Shown: positions 1 through 9,873, numbered from the stretch's first letter. The stretch: DNA of 64,000 bases from Candidatus Latescibacterota bacterium (GCA_965205975.1 OZ242195.1:96001-160000), one strand, 5' to 3'. The notes: generated from the letters alone by a model not told the origin. Numbers and translations: made by a program.

Positions 1-546
1 ATAGCGGATCGCATTGGTGGCGCGCTTGCGAATGACGTAGAGTTTGCGTTCAAATGCCATCGGGTCTGGCAAGTCGGCACTGCGACCAATGAAAATTTGC
101 CACACAACGGGTTCACAAGACCTGGAAGTAAGGCCCAAATAGAAGTTGTCGGTGGGGACTTTGCGCCAGCCGAGGACTTCCTGTCCTTCTTCCTGGACAA
201 TATCCTCGATGATTTGACGCGTTTTTTGGCGGATGGATCGATCCTCATCATCGGTCATGAAAATCATGCCGACACCGTATTGACCGGGATCTGGTATATC
301 AATGCCGACTCCCTTGCAGGCGTGTACAAAGAACCGATGTGGGATTTGCATCAAAACACCAGCGCCATCGCCCGTGTTGTCTTCGGCACCGCGCGCCCCC
401 CGGTGGTCGAGACAGACAAGGGATTCAAGAGCCATTTTGACGATCTGGTTGGATTTTTCGCCTTTGATATTTACGACAAATCCAATGCCACAGGCGTCGC
501 GTTCGTATTTGGGATTGTAGAGTCCGTGTTTGCGAGGATATGCCAT
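1..546 (-). CDS. gltB: Glutamate synthase large subunit, 5' part (runs off the window start)
   Basis: Not in the ORF track. Manual translation from ATG 546 gives MAYPRKHGLYNPKYERDACGIGFVVNIKG...LDHRGARGAEDNTGDGAG...AFERKLYVIRKR, the GltB N-terminal amidotransferase signature. RBS TAAGGA upstream; frame open to position 1. Confidence 0.95.
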   Translation of the reverse strand, partial: MAYPRKHGLYNPKYERDACGIGFVVNIKGEKSNQIVKMALESLVCLDHRGARGAEDNTGDGAGVLMQIPHRFFVHACKGVGIDIPDPGQYGVGMIFMTDDEDRSIRQKTRQIIEDIVQEEGQEVLGWRKVPTDNFYLGLTSRSCEPVVWQIFIGRSADLPDPMAFERKLYVIRKRATNAIRY

Positions 547-573
547 AAAATTGTTCCTTAATCACATGGCGCG

Positions 574-607
574 AAAATGCCAGAACCGCGATCCGGCCCT
601 GGCATTT
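574..607 (-). terminator. Probable intrinsic terminator between ferredoxin and gltB
   Basis: Minus strand AAATGCCAGGGCCG-loop-CGGTTCTGGCATTTT forms a stem with G-U pairs and a short U tract. Confidence 0.5.
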
Positions 608-631
608 GAAAACCGGTTATTTTGTTAGACG

Positions 632-895
632 CTATTCAAAGGCGACTGCATTGATTTCAATATACTCCAACCATTCGTCCGGCGTGTCTTCTTCTGCGAA
701 GATTGCTTCAACCGGGCATTCGGGTTCACAGGCTCCGCAGTCGATGCATTCTTCGGGGTGAATATAGAGCATATTGCGACGTTCATCTTCCGGCAAATCG
801 GTTGCGTCGGGTTCGTAGATGCAGTCCACCGGACAAACTTCCACACAGGACCTGTCCATAACATCAATGCATGGCTCGGCGATAATATAGGCCAT
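632..895 (-). CDS. fdxA: 7Fe-type (3Fe-4S/4Fe-4S) ferredoxin
   Basis: Motifs [17 protein letters not shown] and [12 protein letters not shown]; acidic 87 aa; AGG-containing RBS upstream. Confidence 0.9.
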   Translation of the reverse strand: MAYIIAEPCIDVMDRSCVEVCPVDCIYEPDATDLPEDERRNMLYIHPEECIDCGACEPECPVEAIFAEEDTPDEWLEYIEINAVAFE

Positions 896-951
896 TTTTA
901 TTTTCCCTTTCCTTTGCTATTGTTACGACTCATCCGGCGTTGGCTTTGCCA

Positions 952-979
952 AATATACTTATTTGGTTGGCTTTGTCAA
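952..979 (-). promoter_or_regulatory. Putative sigma70 promoter for the ferredoxin gene
   Basis: TTGACA-N16-TATATT on the minus strand. Confidence 0.4.
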
Positions 980-1032
980 GTATTGTAAGTTAAAATTATG
1001 ATTACAGGTACATAAAAGAAGAAAGTTTACTT

Positions 1033-1596
1033 TTAGGGCAGATTGTCGAGGAGTTTTGCAACGGACCAATCACCTTCGGCGCGAATGTCCAGGGTGAATC
1101 GTTGTCCAGTATCTTTTCTGCGTTCGGCAATCACCGCTGAACCGTTGTAAAGCTGGTGCAACAACGCCTGAAGATCGTCCTTTATGGCATTGTGCGTGTT
1201 TTCTGTATTGGGAGCATTGAGGCGGTCGTTGAGGATGAGCCTGAGTTCATTTCCTCGGAAAGCGACCGCTTCTTCTGTTTCAAGACGCTGGCAGATTGTA
1301 CAGGCCGCGCGAATCGCTGAGGATAATTGTTGTGCAAAATTACCTCCGTTGGGTTGCTTGCGGTTGTAGAGCAAGCCGCGTTTTGCGTCCGTGTCGTCAA
1401 TGCTGATGTCGTATTCGTGGCCGATGAGCAGGGTTACGGGACCGTTGGGTACGTGACTGTAATCGGCTACATCGAGTAGCACATTGGCCCCATTGTGGGC
1501 AGAAATCCAGTTGTTGAAGGTTTTGAACCAGGTTCCAGGTGCGATATTGTGTCCCTGATCGAGATAAAATTTGACGCTGATTTTATGGGTTGGCAT
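1033..1596 (-). CDS. Conserved hypothetical protein downstream of the nitrite/sulfite reductase
   Basis: 187-aa ORF starting 9 nt after the reductase stop; motif LLDVADYSHVPNGP..LIGHE. Confidence 0.75.
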   Translation of the reverse strand: MPTHKISVKFYLDQGHNIAPGTWFKTFNNWISAHNGANVLLDVADYSHVPNGPVTLLIGHEYDISIDDTDAKRGLLYNRKQPNGGNFAQQLSSAIRAACTICQRLETEEAVAFRGNELRLILNDRLNAPNTENTHNAIKDDLQALLHQLYNGSAVIAERRKDTGQRFTLDIRAEGDWSVAKLLDNLP

Positions 1597-1605
1597 AATT
1601 ACCTT

Positions 1606-3834
1606 TCACACCACATTCATTTGACCATAACAGGCATAGGCTTCTTCGATGAAGAGCTGGGCTTCTTCGACGACCTGATGGGCAATGTCGCGGGTGTATT
1701 CGGCGACTTCCTCTTCGTGTACGCGGAAGAGATAATTGGCAAATTTTGCGCCGGCAAACTGGTTGTAGAACAACTCGGTATCGCAAAAGCGCGTGCGAAA
1801 CTCTTCGACAATGACACTGGCCTCTTCTGGCACGTCGAGATACTGCGTTTTGACCAGTGCTTTGGCGGCGTGCAACATGGCGCTGAAAGCCGTTTTGTAC
1901 GCGACTTCGTAGTCGCCTTCCTCCAGGTAAATCTGCGATTCAAAGGATTCGGTTTCGCAGCCGGACAGTTCAAATTGCACCAGTGAAACCACTTCGCCAG
2001 CGCATTCGCCTTTGCCCATATCGCCGAGTGTAAATTCCCGCGTGTCGCCCCAGTCTGTATAGTAAGAGGGATCTATTTCGTGCATGGGAACCTGCGTGAA
2101 GCCCTGAAGCAGGTCTTTGACGTCTTTTTTTCCGATGCGCTGAATATAGGCCTGGAAGCTTTCGTCTTTTTCGCGGTTTTCAACATAATTGCCGGTGATA
2201 CGTTCGATGACAGCCGGAATATTTTTTGAGGGAATAGCACCCATGGCAAGACCATAAGATCCCGCATTTTCGGTCCATTGTCCGCCGAGTACGACCTGGA
2301 AGTGCGGCACGGTATAGCCATTAATTTTTCGACTGTTGCCGTAAAAACCGAGATCGGCTACGTGGTGTTGGCCACAGGAGTTAAAACACCCGCTGATTTT
2401 GATGCGGAAGTTTTTGATGGCATCGTCGAGTTGGAGGTTCTGTTGCGCCAATTGCGTTCGCAACTCCGCTGCGAGACCACGCGACGAGGAAATGCCCAAT
2501 TTGCAGGTGTCGGTGCCCGGGCACGCAGTGACATCGACAATGGTACCAGCTCCTGGTTCGGCTAATTCCAGTTCACAAAGGTCATTGTAGAGTGAAACGA
2601 CATCGGATTCGCTGACCCATCGCAGGATAATGTTTTGCTCGACGGTGGTGCGAATGGTGTCTTTGACGTATTTGCGCGCGATATCGGCCAGGTTTCGCAT
2701 CTGGTCGGATGTGATATCCCCCAGCGGCAGAGATATGGTTGCGACTACATAGCCTTCTTGCCGTTGTTTGTAGATGTTGGTTTCAGCCCAGGCGTCAAAT
2801 GCTTCGGGACGCGCAACTCCATTGAGGGGGGCAGCGATTTTGAGGGGTTCTTCAACGTAGTTATCCAGGTCGTCGAGATAGGCTGCCCACACCGGGTCTT
2901 CGGGCAGGATTTTGCGTTCTTCTTCGACCAGACGAATAAACTCTTCAATGCCGAGTTTGGCGACGAGGAATTTGATACGCGCCCGTGCGCGATTTGTTTT
3001 TTCGCCCAGGCGGGCAAAAACACGGCATATTGCCTGCGCTGTGGGCAAGAGTTCTTCGGGAGGCAGAAATTCCGAGTAGAGCTTGGCCTGGTGGGGCACG
3101 GCGCCCAAACCGCCGCCGACGTAGGTTTCGAACCCGCGTTTGCCGTCTTTGATACGCGCGATCATGCCCATGTCGTGCATGCTGGTCAGACCGCATGCTT
3201 CCTGGGCGCATCCGGAAAAGGCAATTTTGAATTTGCGACCAAAGTCCTGACAGTCGGGGTGTCCGAGGAGGAATTGGGCAAGGGCATGAGAATACGGCGT
3301 GACATCAAATGTTTCGGTGTGACACACGCCCGAGAGCGGACAGGCCGTGACATTGCGGATGGAGTTTCCGCAGGCTTCGCGGGTGGTAATGCCCACGGCG
3401 GCGAGGCGGCGCATGAGGTCGGGTGTGTCTTCGATGTGTATGTAGTGGATTTGAACATCCTGGCGCGTGGTGATGTGCAATATGCCGTCAGAATATTCCT
3501 CGGCTATGTCGGCCAATACCTCCATTTGATCGGTGGTAAGACCGCCATAAGGAATTTTGATGCGCTGCATACCTGGCGCATCCCAGACCGTGTCTGGTCC
3601 TTTGAGGAGGTCGCCGCTGGGATAGTCGAGTGCTTTGGTTATTTGGCCGTCAAAACGCTGCCCATTGTCGTAGCGCTGGCCGTAAACACCGCGGCGAAGA
3701 CGGGTTTCGGCAAAGACGCGGTCATCAATTTGTCCCTGTTTTTTTTGTTCGATCTGCGCTTCAAACGTATCGATTTCAGCACCTATATCTTCCGGGATCA
3801 AATCGCGCAATTCTTCTTTCCAGTTCGCGTTCAT
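1606..3834 (-). CDS. Ferredoxin-dependent nitrite/sulfite reductase (siroheme, 4Fe-4S) with C-terminal helical extension
   Basis: RLRRGVYGQR, TTRQDVQ, ACGNSIRNV, and siroheme/Fe-S ligands TACPGTDTC and SGCFNSCG. Confidence 0.92.
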   Translation of the reverse strand: MNANWKEELRDLIPEDIGAEIDTFEAQIEQKKQGQIDDRVFAETRLRRGVYGQRYDNGQRFDGQITKALDYPSGDLLKGPDTVWDAPGMQRIKIPYGGLTTDQMEVLADIAEEYSDGILHITTRQDVQIHYIHIEDTPDLMRRLAAVGITTREACGNSIRNVTACPLSGVCHTETFDVTPYSHALAQFLLGHPDCQDFGRKFKIAFSGCAQEACGLTSMHDMGMIARIKDGKRGFETYVGGGLGAVPHQAKLYSEFLPPEELLPTAQAICRVFARLGEKTNRARARIKFLVAKLGIEEFIRLVEEERKILPEDPVWAAYLDDLDNYVEEPLKIAAPLNGVARPEAFDAWAETNIYKQRQEGYVVATISLPLGDITSDQMRNLADIARKYVKDTIRTTVEQNIILRWVSESDVVSLYNDLCELELAEPGAGTIVDVTACPGTDTCKLGISSSRGLAAELRTQLAQQNLQLDDAIKNFRIKISGCFNSCGQHHVADLGFYGNSRKINGYTVPHFQVVLGGQWTENAGSYGLAMGAIPSKNIPAVIERITGNYVENREKDESFQAYIQRIGKKDVKDLLQGFTQVPMHEIDPSYYTDWGDTREFTLGDMGKGECAGEVVSLVQFELSGCETESFESQIYLEEGDYEVAYKTAFSAMLHAAKALVKTQYLDVPEEASVIVEEFRTRFCDTELFYNQFAGAKFANYLFRVHEEEVAEYTRDIAHQVVEEAQLFIEEAYACYGQMNVV

Positions 3835-3916
3835 AAGTATATCACCTGTGGCGAAGATTGTAGATTGAACATGATCAAAAAGCGAATGTGAAACTTAGTG
3901 TATTATGGGGATTTGT

Positions 3917-3944
3917 CAAGGGTAAAAGGTAAGAGGTGAGAGGT
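3917..3944. repeat. Heptamer tandem repeat (RARAGGT-like x4)
   Basis: caagggt aaaaggt aagaggt gagaggt; the same units recur at 49492-49526. Confidence 0.7.
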
Positions 3945-3945
3945 A

Positions 3946-4956
3946 TTATCCCCCAATTTGATACATTTCGATTTTGCGCGTTGTAGGGGTGTGAGCAGAG
4001 CGGATTTCGGAGTAGCGGTCTGTGCGGCGGTGCCATATCCGGGTGATCTGGTCGCGGAGATGGGCGTTGGACGCGCCTTGTCGCAGGGCATCGCGCAGGT
4101 CTGTTCCTTCTGAGGCGAAGAGACAGGTGTAGAGTTTGCCGTCGGTGGATAAGCGGGCGCGCGTACAGTCGCCGCAAAAGGGTTGCGTGACAGAGGCGAT
4201 GACTCCGATTTCACCGCCGCCGTCGAGATAGCGATAGCGTTTTGCGACTTCGCCTGTGTAGTTGGGGTCGAGAGGCTCGATAGGTAAGACGGTGTGAATG
4301 CGGTTGATAATTTCTGCGGCGGGCACGACCTGATCCAGGTTCCAGTTGTTGCGATTGCCCACGTCCATAAACTCGATGAATCGCAGGATGTGTCCCGTGT
4401 TGTGGAAGTGTTGGGCAAGGTCGATAACGAGGTGGTCGTTGATGCCTTTTTGAACGACTGCGTTGATTTTTATCGCCTGAAAACCCGCCTTTTCAGCAGC
4501 GAGGATGCCTTCGAGTACTCGCTCGGTGCCATGGGTGCGACCGCTCATGCGATTAAATGTCTGGTCGTCAATCGCATCGAGGCTCACGGTGAGCCGGTGC
4601 AGGCCTGCGTCTTTGAGGTTCTGCGCTTTGTCAGCGAGGAGATAGCCGTTGGTGGTGAGGGTGAGGTCTTGAATACCCGAGATTTGCGACAGTTTGGCGA
4701 TGAGGGTTCCGAGGTCTCGGCGCAGGAGGGGTTCTCCGCCGGTAACGCGGATTTTGGTGACGCCGAGATCCGCGAAAATTCTGGCGAGGCGGGTGATTTC
4801 TTCAAAGGTGAGGATTTCTGCTTTGGGAAGAAATTCGTATTTTTCGCCAAAAATCTCAGCGGGCATGCAATAGGGGCAGCGGAAATTGCATTTGTCGGTG
4901 ACCGAGATACGCAGGTCGCGGATAGGGCGTTGCAAGGTGTCGAGAAGGTCGGACAT
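3946..4956 (-). CDS. moaA: GTP 3',8-cyclase (molybdopterin biosynthesis radical SAM)
   Basis: LRISVTDKCNFRCPYC, TGGEPLLR, FCGDCTRAR and C-terminal IGG. Confidence 0.97.
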   Translation of the reverse strand: MSDLLDTLQRPIRDLRISVTDKCNFRCPYCMPAEIFGEKYEFLPKAEILTFEEITRLARIFADLGVTKIRVTGGEPLLRRDLGTLIAKLSQISGIQDLTLTTNGYLLADKAQNLKDAGLHRLTVSLDAIDDQTFNRMSGRTHGTERVLEGILAAEKAGFQAIKINAVVQKGINDHLVIDLAQHFHNTGHILRFIEFMDVGNRNNWNLDQVVPAAEIINRIHTVLPIEPLDPNYTGEVAKRYRYLDGGGEIGVIASVTQPFCGDCTRARLSTDGKLYTCLFASEGTDLRDALRQGASNAHLRDQITRIWHRRTDRYSEIRSAHTPTTRKIEMYQIGG

Positions 4957-4966
4957 TGTGATACCA

Positions 4967-5983
4967 TTAGAATTTTAAGATTGTCCATACGGGTACGTGA
5001 TCCGAAGCAAAGTCGCCGCGTGTGGTATAGACGATTTCTCCATCAGAGAAACTGATGCGCGAGCGGGTTCCCTTCACGGCTTCGGCGTGGGTGAAAATGC
5101 CCGATGATTGGACGTGATTCTTCAGGTTTCGGGATACGAGGATTTGATCGAAAAGAATCGCTTTGACTTTGACATCTCGCACAAAATTGTGGGGTCTGTC
5201 TCGCCATTTGTTGTTTTCTGCGCGCGCACCCGGAACCATAGGGTCAAAGGTATCGCTTTCGATTTTGTCGTAGAGATAGTTGTATCCATAAGAACAATAG
5301 TTCGAATCCAACAAGGCTTCGGACGTGTTGTAGAGAAATGCATCGGGCATGTGGTCAATTCCGGCAAGTGCGTCGGGATTGCCGGATTCGAGAATGTTGA
5401 GCGAGCGGTCGTCGGGGTTGTCGTTGAAGTCGCCGAGCAATACGATGTGGTCGTATTTCACGCGGCTGGTGAGATAGCGCATGGTCATGGTCGCGCTGGC
5501 TTCTCGGCGCAGGCTGGTTTTGGCGCGCCCGCCCGATCGCGATTTGGCGTGGTGAACCAGAATTATCAAGCGGCGGCCATATCCTTCGACATAAGCCTGG
5601 AGGAGGTCGCGCTTTCGGGGAAATGCCTGGTCGTGTACTTTTTCGGGAAAGACCATTTTGAGGTCGGTAATTTCATAAGGCTCGCGCACAGCTATGGCGA
5701 GTTCCTGGAGTTCTTCGGGATCATCGAGCATGCCAATGGTATAGTTGTCGGGCAAAATGCGTTCGAGTGAGGATTTTGATTGGATTTCCTGAAACCCGAT
5801 GATGTCCGCATTGAGTTTGTCTATAACTGTTTGCAGGCGTTCCTGACGCGCAGCGGAAATGCCATCGTCGAGCCAATAGATGTTGTAAGTCGCAACCTTG
5901 ATCTCGGCGGGCTGTGGACCACACGCAAAAAATAGAAGCAGAATTAGGGAGGCGAGATATGTCCTCCTTACGCGTTTTTGCAT
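4967..5983 (-). CDS. Endonuclease/exonuclease/phosphatase-family lipoprotein
   Basis: ATYN, IGFQE, LGDFND and SDHVPV motifs. Start moved to ATG 5983 (MQKRVRR..LLFFAC lipobox) because the longer ORF crosses the smc terminator. Confidence 0.85.
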   Translation of the reverse strand: MQKRVRRTYLASLILLLFFACGPQPAEIKVATYNIYWLDDGISAARQERLQTVIDKLNADIIGFQEIQSKSSLERILPDNYTIGMLDDPEELQELAIAVREPYEITDLKMVFPEKVHDQAFPRKRDLLQAYVEGYGRRLIILVHHAKSRSGGRAKTSLRREASATMTMRYLTSRVKYDHIVLLGDFNDNPDDRSLNILESGNPDALAGIDHMPDAFLYNTSEALLDSNYCSYGYNYLYDKIESDTFDPMVPGARAENNKWRDRPHNFVRDVKVKAILFDQILVSRNLKNHVQSSGIFTHAEAVKGTRSRISFSDGEIVYTTRGDFASDHVPVWTILKF

Positions 5984-6041
5984 ACAAATCTCCAGATAGG
6001 AACAGGAAGAGACGACCTGTCCAATAATATACACGATTGCG

Positions 6042-6080
6042 AAAAAAATAAAAGGGCGGCGGTTTATACCGTCGCCCTTT
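6042..6080 (-). terminator. Intrinsic terminator after smc
   Basis: AAAGGGCGACGGT-ATAA-ACCGCCGCCCTTT followed by a T-rich tract on the minus strand. Confidence 0.85.
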
Positions 6081-6099
6081 GTGTTGTCTGAGGTTGGGA

Positions 6100-9000
6100 T
6101 CAATCGTCATCTGCGGGTTGTGCCACGGCCTCAGTGAACGAGTCAACACTATCGACCTGGTTTTCGCTATCGCTGGATATTTTGACGGAAACGAGCCTGG
6201 AGACGCCGGGTTCTTCCATGGTCACGCCGTGCAGGGTTTCGCCAGATTCCATCGTCCCTTTGTTGTGGGTGACGACGATGAACTGCGACTGTTTGGCAAA
6301 TTTTTGGATGACTTTTACAAAGCGTGCGATATTGGCGTCATCGAGAGGTGCATCGACCTCATCGAGGACGCAAAATGGGCTGGGTTTGACCAGATAAATT
6401 GCAAATAGAAGAGCGATGGCCGTCAGCGCGCGTTCTCCGCCGGAAAGCAGGTTAATGCTCTGAAGGCGTTTGCCCCAGGGCCGTGCTGTGATGATGATGG
6501 GGGCCTCGAGGGGATCTTCTTCGGGCGGCATGGTCAGGTCGGCTTCGCCGCCTTCAAAAAATTCCTGGAATGTATTCTGGAAGTTTTCTCGAATGCGACC
6601 AAAGGTATTGAGAAAGCGCTGGCGCGCCGTGCGGTCGATGCGCGTGATGGTGCGCTTGACGATTTCTTCTGCCTCCAGAAGGTCGTCGCGTTGATGCGTG
6701 AGAAATTCAAGACGTTCTTTTTGAACTTCGTACTCTTCGAGTGCCGCCAGGTTGACAGACCCCATGCGCCGCATACGCTCTTGTAGTTCGTGGGTCTTTT
6801 TTTCTGCCATATCCGCGTTAAATTCTGGATCTCGAAAACGCCCCTGTTCGGCAATATCGACTTCGTAATCGCGTTTGAGGCGTTCGATGATCCCCTCACC
6901 GCGCTCTTTGATGTGCGCCATGGCGACTTGAATTTCGCTCAAACGCTGGCGGTGTTGTGTTGTGCGGCGGTTTTTTTCGCGCAACTTTTCTTCAATGGCG
7001 CGCGCTGCCATCACGATTTCGTGTTGTCTGTGCGCTTGTGCATCGCGTTTGTGCTCAATGCGGGATTGTTGTTTGTGCAGGACTTCCAGTTCGCCCGACG
7101 CTGTTCCGATGCTTTCTTCGCGTTCGTGTTTGCGTTTTTTGCTTTCATCGGCCTCGCCAGACAATCGCTCGATTTCGCGGGCAATGGCTTCGCGCTCTCG
7201 GCCCTGGCGCACGGCTTCGTGTGCCAGGCTTTCGATGCGTTCTTTCAAAGAAGCGATTTCCACGCGCACAGCAGCGACGCCATCTTGAAGTACGCGCCTC
7301 TGATGTTCTTTTTTCCGCAAGTCTTCATCGGCACGGCGAACCACATCTTCGAGGGTCTCGCGTTTGGCGTCGAGCTTTGTTTGCGCCTCCTCTGACTGGG
7401 AAATCAGATGCATCAATTCGCTTTCGCGCTGTGCGAGTTGTGCAGTCTCCTGGTCGAGTTCTGTTACAGCCCGGGCCTGGCGTTTGGCTTCTGTTTCGGC
7501 ATTTTGTCGGTCTCTTTGAAGGCCCGCACGGCGGTTGTGCAAATCGGCCAATGCGTTATCGCGGACCTCAATTTGCGCGAGGTGTTTGTCGAGTGCTTTG
7601 AGCGTGCGTGCCAGTTGTGTTTCGATTTTTGAGAACTCGGATTTGGCGGATTCTATGGCCGACTGGAGATCGTCAATTTGTTGCTGGCGACCAATAAGGC
7701 CCGATTCTGAGGTTGCATCTGCACCGCCATATACCGTGCCATCGGCGGAAAAAACTTCGCCGCTGAGTGTCACTATTTCAATGTCTTTAGCATGCATGGC
7801 ACCACTGTGAACAATCGCGGTTTGTGTATCGCTTACAATCAGGGTATGGCGCAACAGCGCAGATACGGCACCGTGTATATCGCGCTGTGGGTTTAACAGA
7901 TCGCTTGCCAGTCCGATAATCCCCTCTCCTTCGGGAACTTCGCTGAGCACGCCATTGGTAGTGATGATGCGTTCGAGGGGCAAAAATGCGGCGGCTCCGT
8001 GCTCTCCTTGTCGAAGAAAATCAATGGCCCAACGCGCGTCGTCGGTATTGCTGACGATCAAACATTCCAGTGCTCGTCCCAGCGCGGCTTCAATTGCGGT
8101 GACATATTCTGGCTCAACATCAACCATGTCGGCGACGACACCCTGTATGCGATTGGAAAAAGGCGAATCCACAGCCAGTGCGCGCACGCCTTTAGAATAG
8201 CCTTCAAAGCCTTCTCTCAGTTTTTGGAGGAGGGCGACTCGCGCCTGATCGGCTTCGATATTTGCGCGCAAGCGGTTGCGCGATTCGATTTGTTCATCGC
8301 GCTGGGCAATACAGCGATCTCGACCGGCGATCTGTTGCTGTCGTTCTTCGGTGTGTTGGGCAATTTGACTTTCAACGGCGGCGATTTGTTCTGCGGACTG
8401 ATTAGCCGTTTCGTCAGCCTCCTGACGGCGTGCAGCCACGCGTTCAATATCCTGGGTTAAACGCTCCTGCCGCTGGACGATACCCTCGCGCTCGGCCTGC
8501 AGGCGCTCGAGTCCCTTGCCCTGATCGCTATTTTGGCGCAATAGATCCATCAACTGAGATTTTTGGGCATCGACTTGTGTGCGCTGTGTGTCCAGATCCT
8601 GGATTTCGGCTTCAAGTTCGGTGGTTTCCTCTTCGAGTTTTGCTTCTGCAGCTTCGAGTCGCTCGGCGGCTTTTTGCCTGTCTTGCTCGGCGGCTTTTTG
8701 GCCTTTTTGTGCGCTGTCAAGACGTAACTTGAGCGATTTTTGTTGATGCTCGGCGCGTTCTAAAAATGCCTGAATATTGCGCACTTCTTCGCGTGCAACG
8801 AGTATCTCGCTATCTTTGCTGTGTACGCGCTCAATGTGTTGCGATAGCTCGATATTGGCCTGGGCCAGTGCGCGATCCTGGTCGGTTAGTTCGGCGCGCA
8901 TTTCTTCGAGTTGAGCCTCGAGGGTGGTCATGTCGGTTTCTGAAATTTCGATGTCTTCTTTGAGGAAGACCATTTCCTCGCGCAGCGGTCCAGATTGGTC

Positions 9001-9714
9001 GGCCAGGTCGAAGTATTGGAACCGCGCCAGTTTGATTTCGAGGTCGCGCAATTCATCCGATAGTGTTTTATAGAGCCTTGCTTTGCGCTCTTGCCGTTGT
9101 AGCGATGCGACTTGGCGTTGGATTTCTCCGAGCCAGTCTTCCATTCGCTGCAGGTCTTGTTGCACGGCGATGAGCCGATTCCACGCAGATCGGCGTCGAA
9201 TTTTATACCGCGTTACACCAGCGGCTTCTTCAAAGCACCGTCGGCGTTCTTCGGCGTTGTCACTGATGATCTCATCTACCATGCCTTGTTCGATAACATA
9301 AGAAGACTGCGTGCCCAGCCCGGTGTCCATCAGCAAGTTTTGAATGTCTTTCAGGCGACACGGAATTTTATTGAGCAGGTAGTCGCTTTCGCCGGATCGG
9401 AACAGACGGCGGGTAATGGTGACTTCGGAAAATTCGGTGGGCAAAACTTTTTGTGAATTATCGAGTGTGAGCGATACTTCGGCCATACCGAGGGGTTTGC
9501 GCGAGCGCGTACCGGAAAAAATCACGTCTCCCATACTGCCGCTGCGCAAAGACCGGGGGCGCTGTTCGCCCAGTGCCCAGCGCAATGCATCAACCACATT
9601 GGACTTGCCACAACCATTTGGTCCCACGACACATGTGATGCCTTTTTGGAGGGGCATGTCGAGCTTTTGTGCAAAGGACTTAAAACCCAGTGCTTGCAAA
9701 CGAGTCAGGTGCAA
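6100..9714 (-). CDS. smc: Chromosome segregation protein SMC
   Basis: Walker A GPNGCGKSN, long coiled coils, central hinge, LSGGE signature and LDEVDAPLD. TTG start with AGGAGG RBS. Confidence 0.98.
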   Translation of the reverse strand: MHLTRLQALGFKSFAQKLDMPLQKGITCVVGPNGCGKSNVVDALRWALGEQRPRSLRSGSMGDVIFSGTRSRKPLGMAEVSLTLDNSQKVLPTEFSEVTITRRLFRSGESDYLLNKIPCRLKDIQNLLMDTGLGTQSSYVIEQGMVDEIISDNAEERRRCFEEAAGVTRYKIRRRSAWNRLIAVQQDLQRMEDWLGEIQRQVASLQRQERKARLYKTLSDELRDLEIKLARFQYFDLADQSGPLREEMVFLKEDIEISETDMTTLEAQLEEMRAELTDQDRALAQANIELSQHIERVHSKDSEILVAREEVRNIQAFLERAEHQQKSLKLRLDSAQKGQKAAEQDRQKAAERLEAAEAKLEEETTELEAEIQDLDTQRTQVDAQKSQLMDLLRQNSDQGKGLERLQAEREGIVQRQERLTQDIERVAARRQEADETANQSAEQIAAVESQIAQHTEERQQQIAGRDRCIAQRDEQIESRNRLRANIEADQARVALLQKLREGFEGYSKGVRALAVDSPFSNRIQGVVADMVDVEPEYVTAIEAALGRALECLIVSNTDDARWAIDFLRQGEHGAAAFLPLERIITTNGVLSEVPEGEGIIGLASDLLNPQRDIHGAVSALLRHTLIVSDTQTAIVHSGAMHAKDIEIVTLSGEVFSADGTVYGGADATSESGLIGRQQQIDDLQSAIESAKSEFSKIETQLARTLKALDKHLAQIEVRDNALADLHNRRAGLQRDRQNAETEAKRQARAVTELDQETAQLAQRESELMHLISQSEEAQTKLDAKRETLEDVVRRADEDLRKKEHQRRVLQDGVAAVRVEIASLKERIESLAHEAVRQGREREAIAREIERLSGEADESKKRKHEREESIGTASGELEVLHKQQSRIEHKRDAQAHRQHEIVMAARAIEEKLREKNRRTTQHRQRLSEIQVAMAHIKERGEGIIERLKRDYEVDIAEQGRFRDPEFNADMAEKKTHELQERMRRMGSVNLAALEEYEVQKERLEFLTHQRDDLLEAEEIVKRTITRIDRTARQRFLNTFGRIRENFQNTFQEFFEGGEADLTMPPEEDPLEAPIIITARPWGKRLQSINLLSGGERALTAIALLFAIYLVKPSPFCVLDEVDAPLDDANIARFVKVIQKFAKQSQFIVVTHNKGTMESGETLHGVTMEEPGVSRLVSVKISSDSENQVDSVDSFTEAVAQPADDD

Positions 9715-9844
9715 TGAAAACCTCCTACTCGAATCTTTTTAAGAACATAAGATGCGAAAAAACAAGGGAATATATTAACATAAGTCAGGACATCTGTGTG
9801 TCAAAACCCGATGGGGAAAATAGGGGATGCACTTTGGACTGCAT

Positions 9845-9853
9845 TTATACACA
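9845..9853 (+). promoter_or_regulatory. DnaA box in the smc leader
   Basis: TTATACACA, a perfect match to TTATNCACA; single copy. Confidence 0.4.
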
Positions 9854-9873
9854 GCAATCTGGGGAGATTTGGG

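Noticed and set aside
97..561. 154-aa plus-strand ORF
   Set aside because: Antisense shadow of gltB, which is clearly encoded on the minus strand.
2635..3891. 418-aa plus-strand ORF, and similar long antisense ORFs (e.g. 4294-5055, 6790-7601, 11541-12365, 15488-16375, 55005-55751, 62342-63094)
   Set aside because: They lie opposite well-supported genes and show no recognisable motifs; these are codon-bias shadows.
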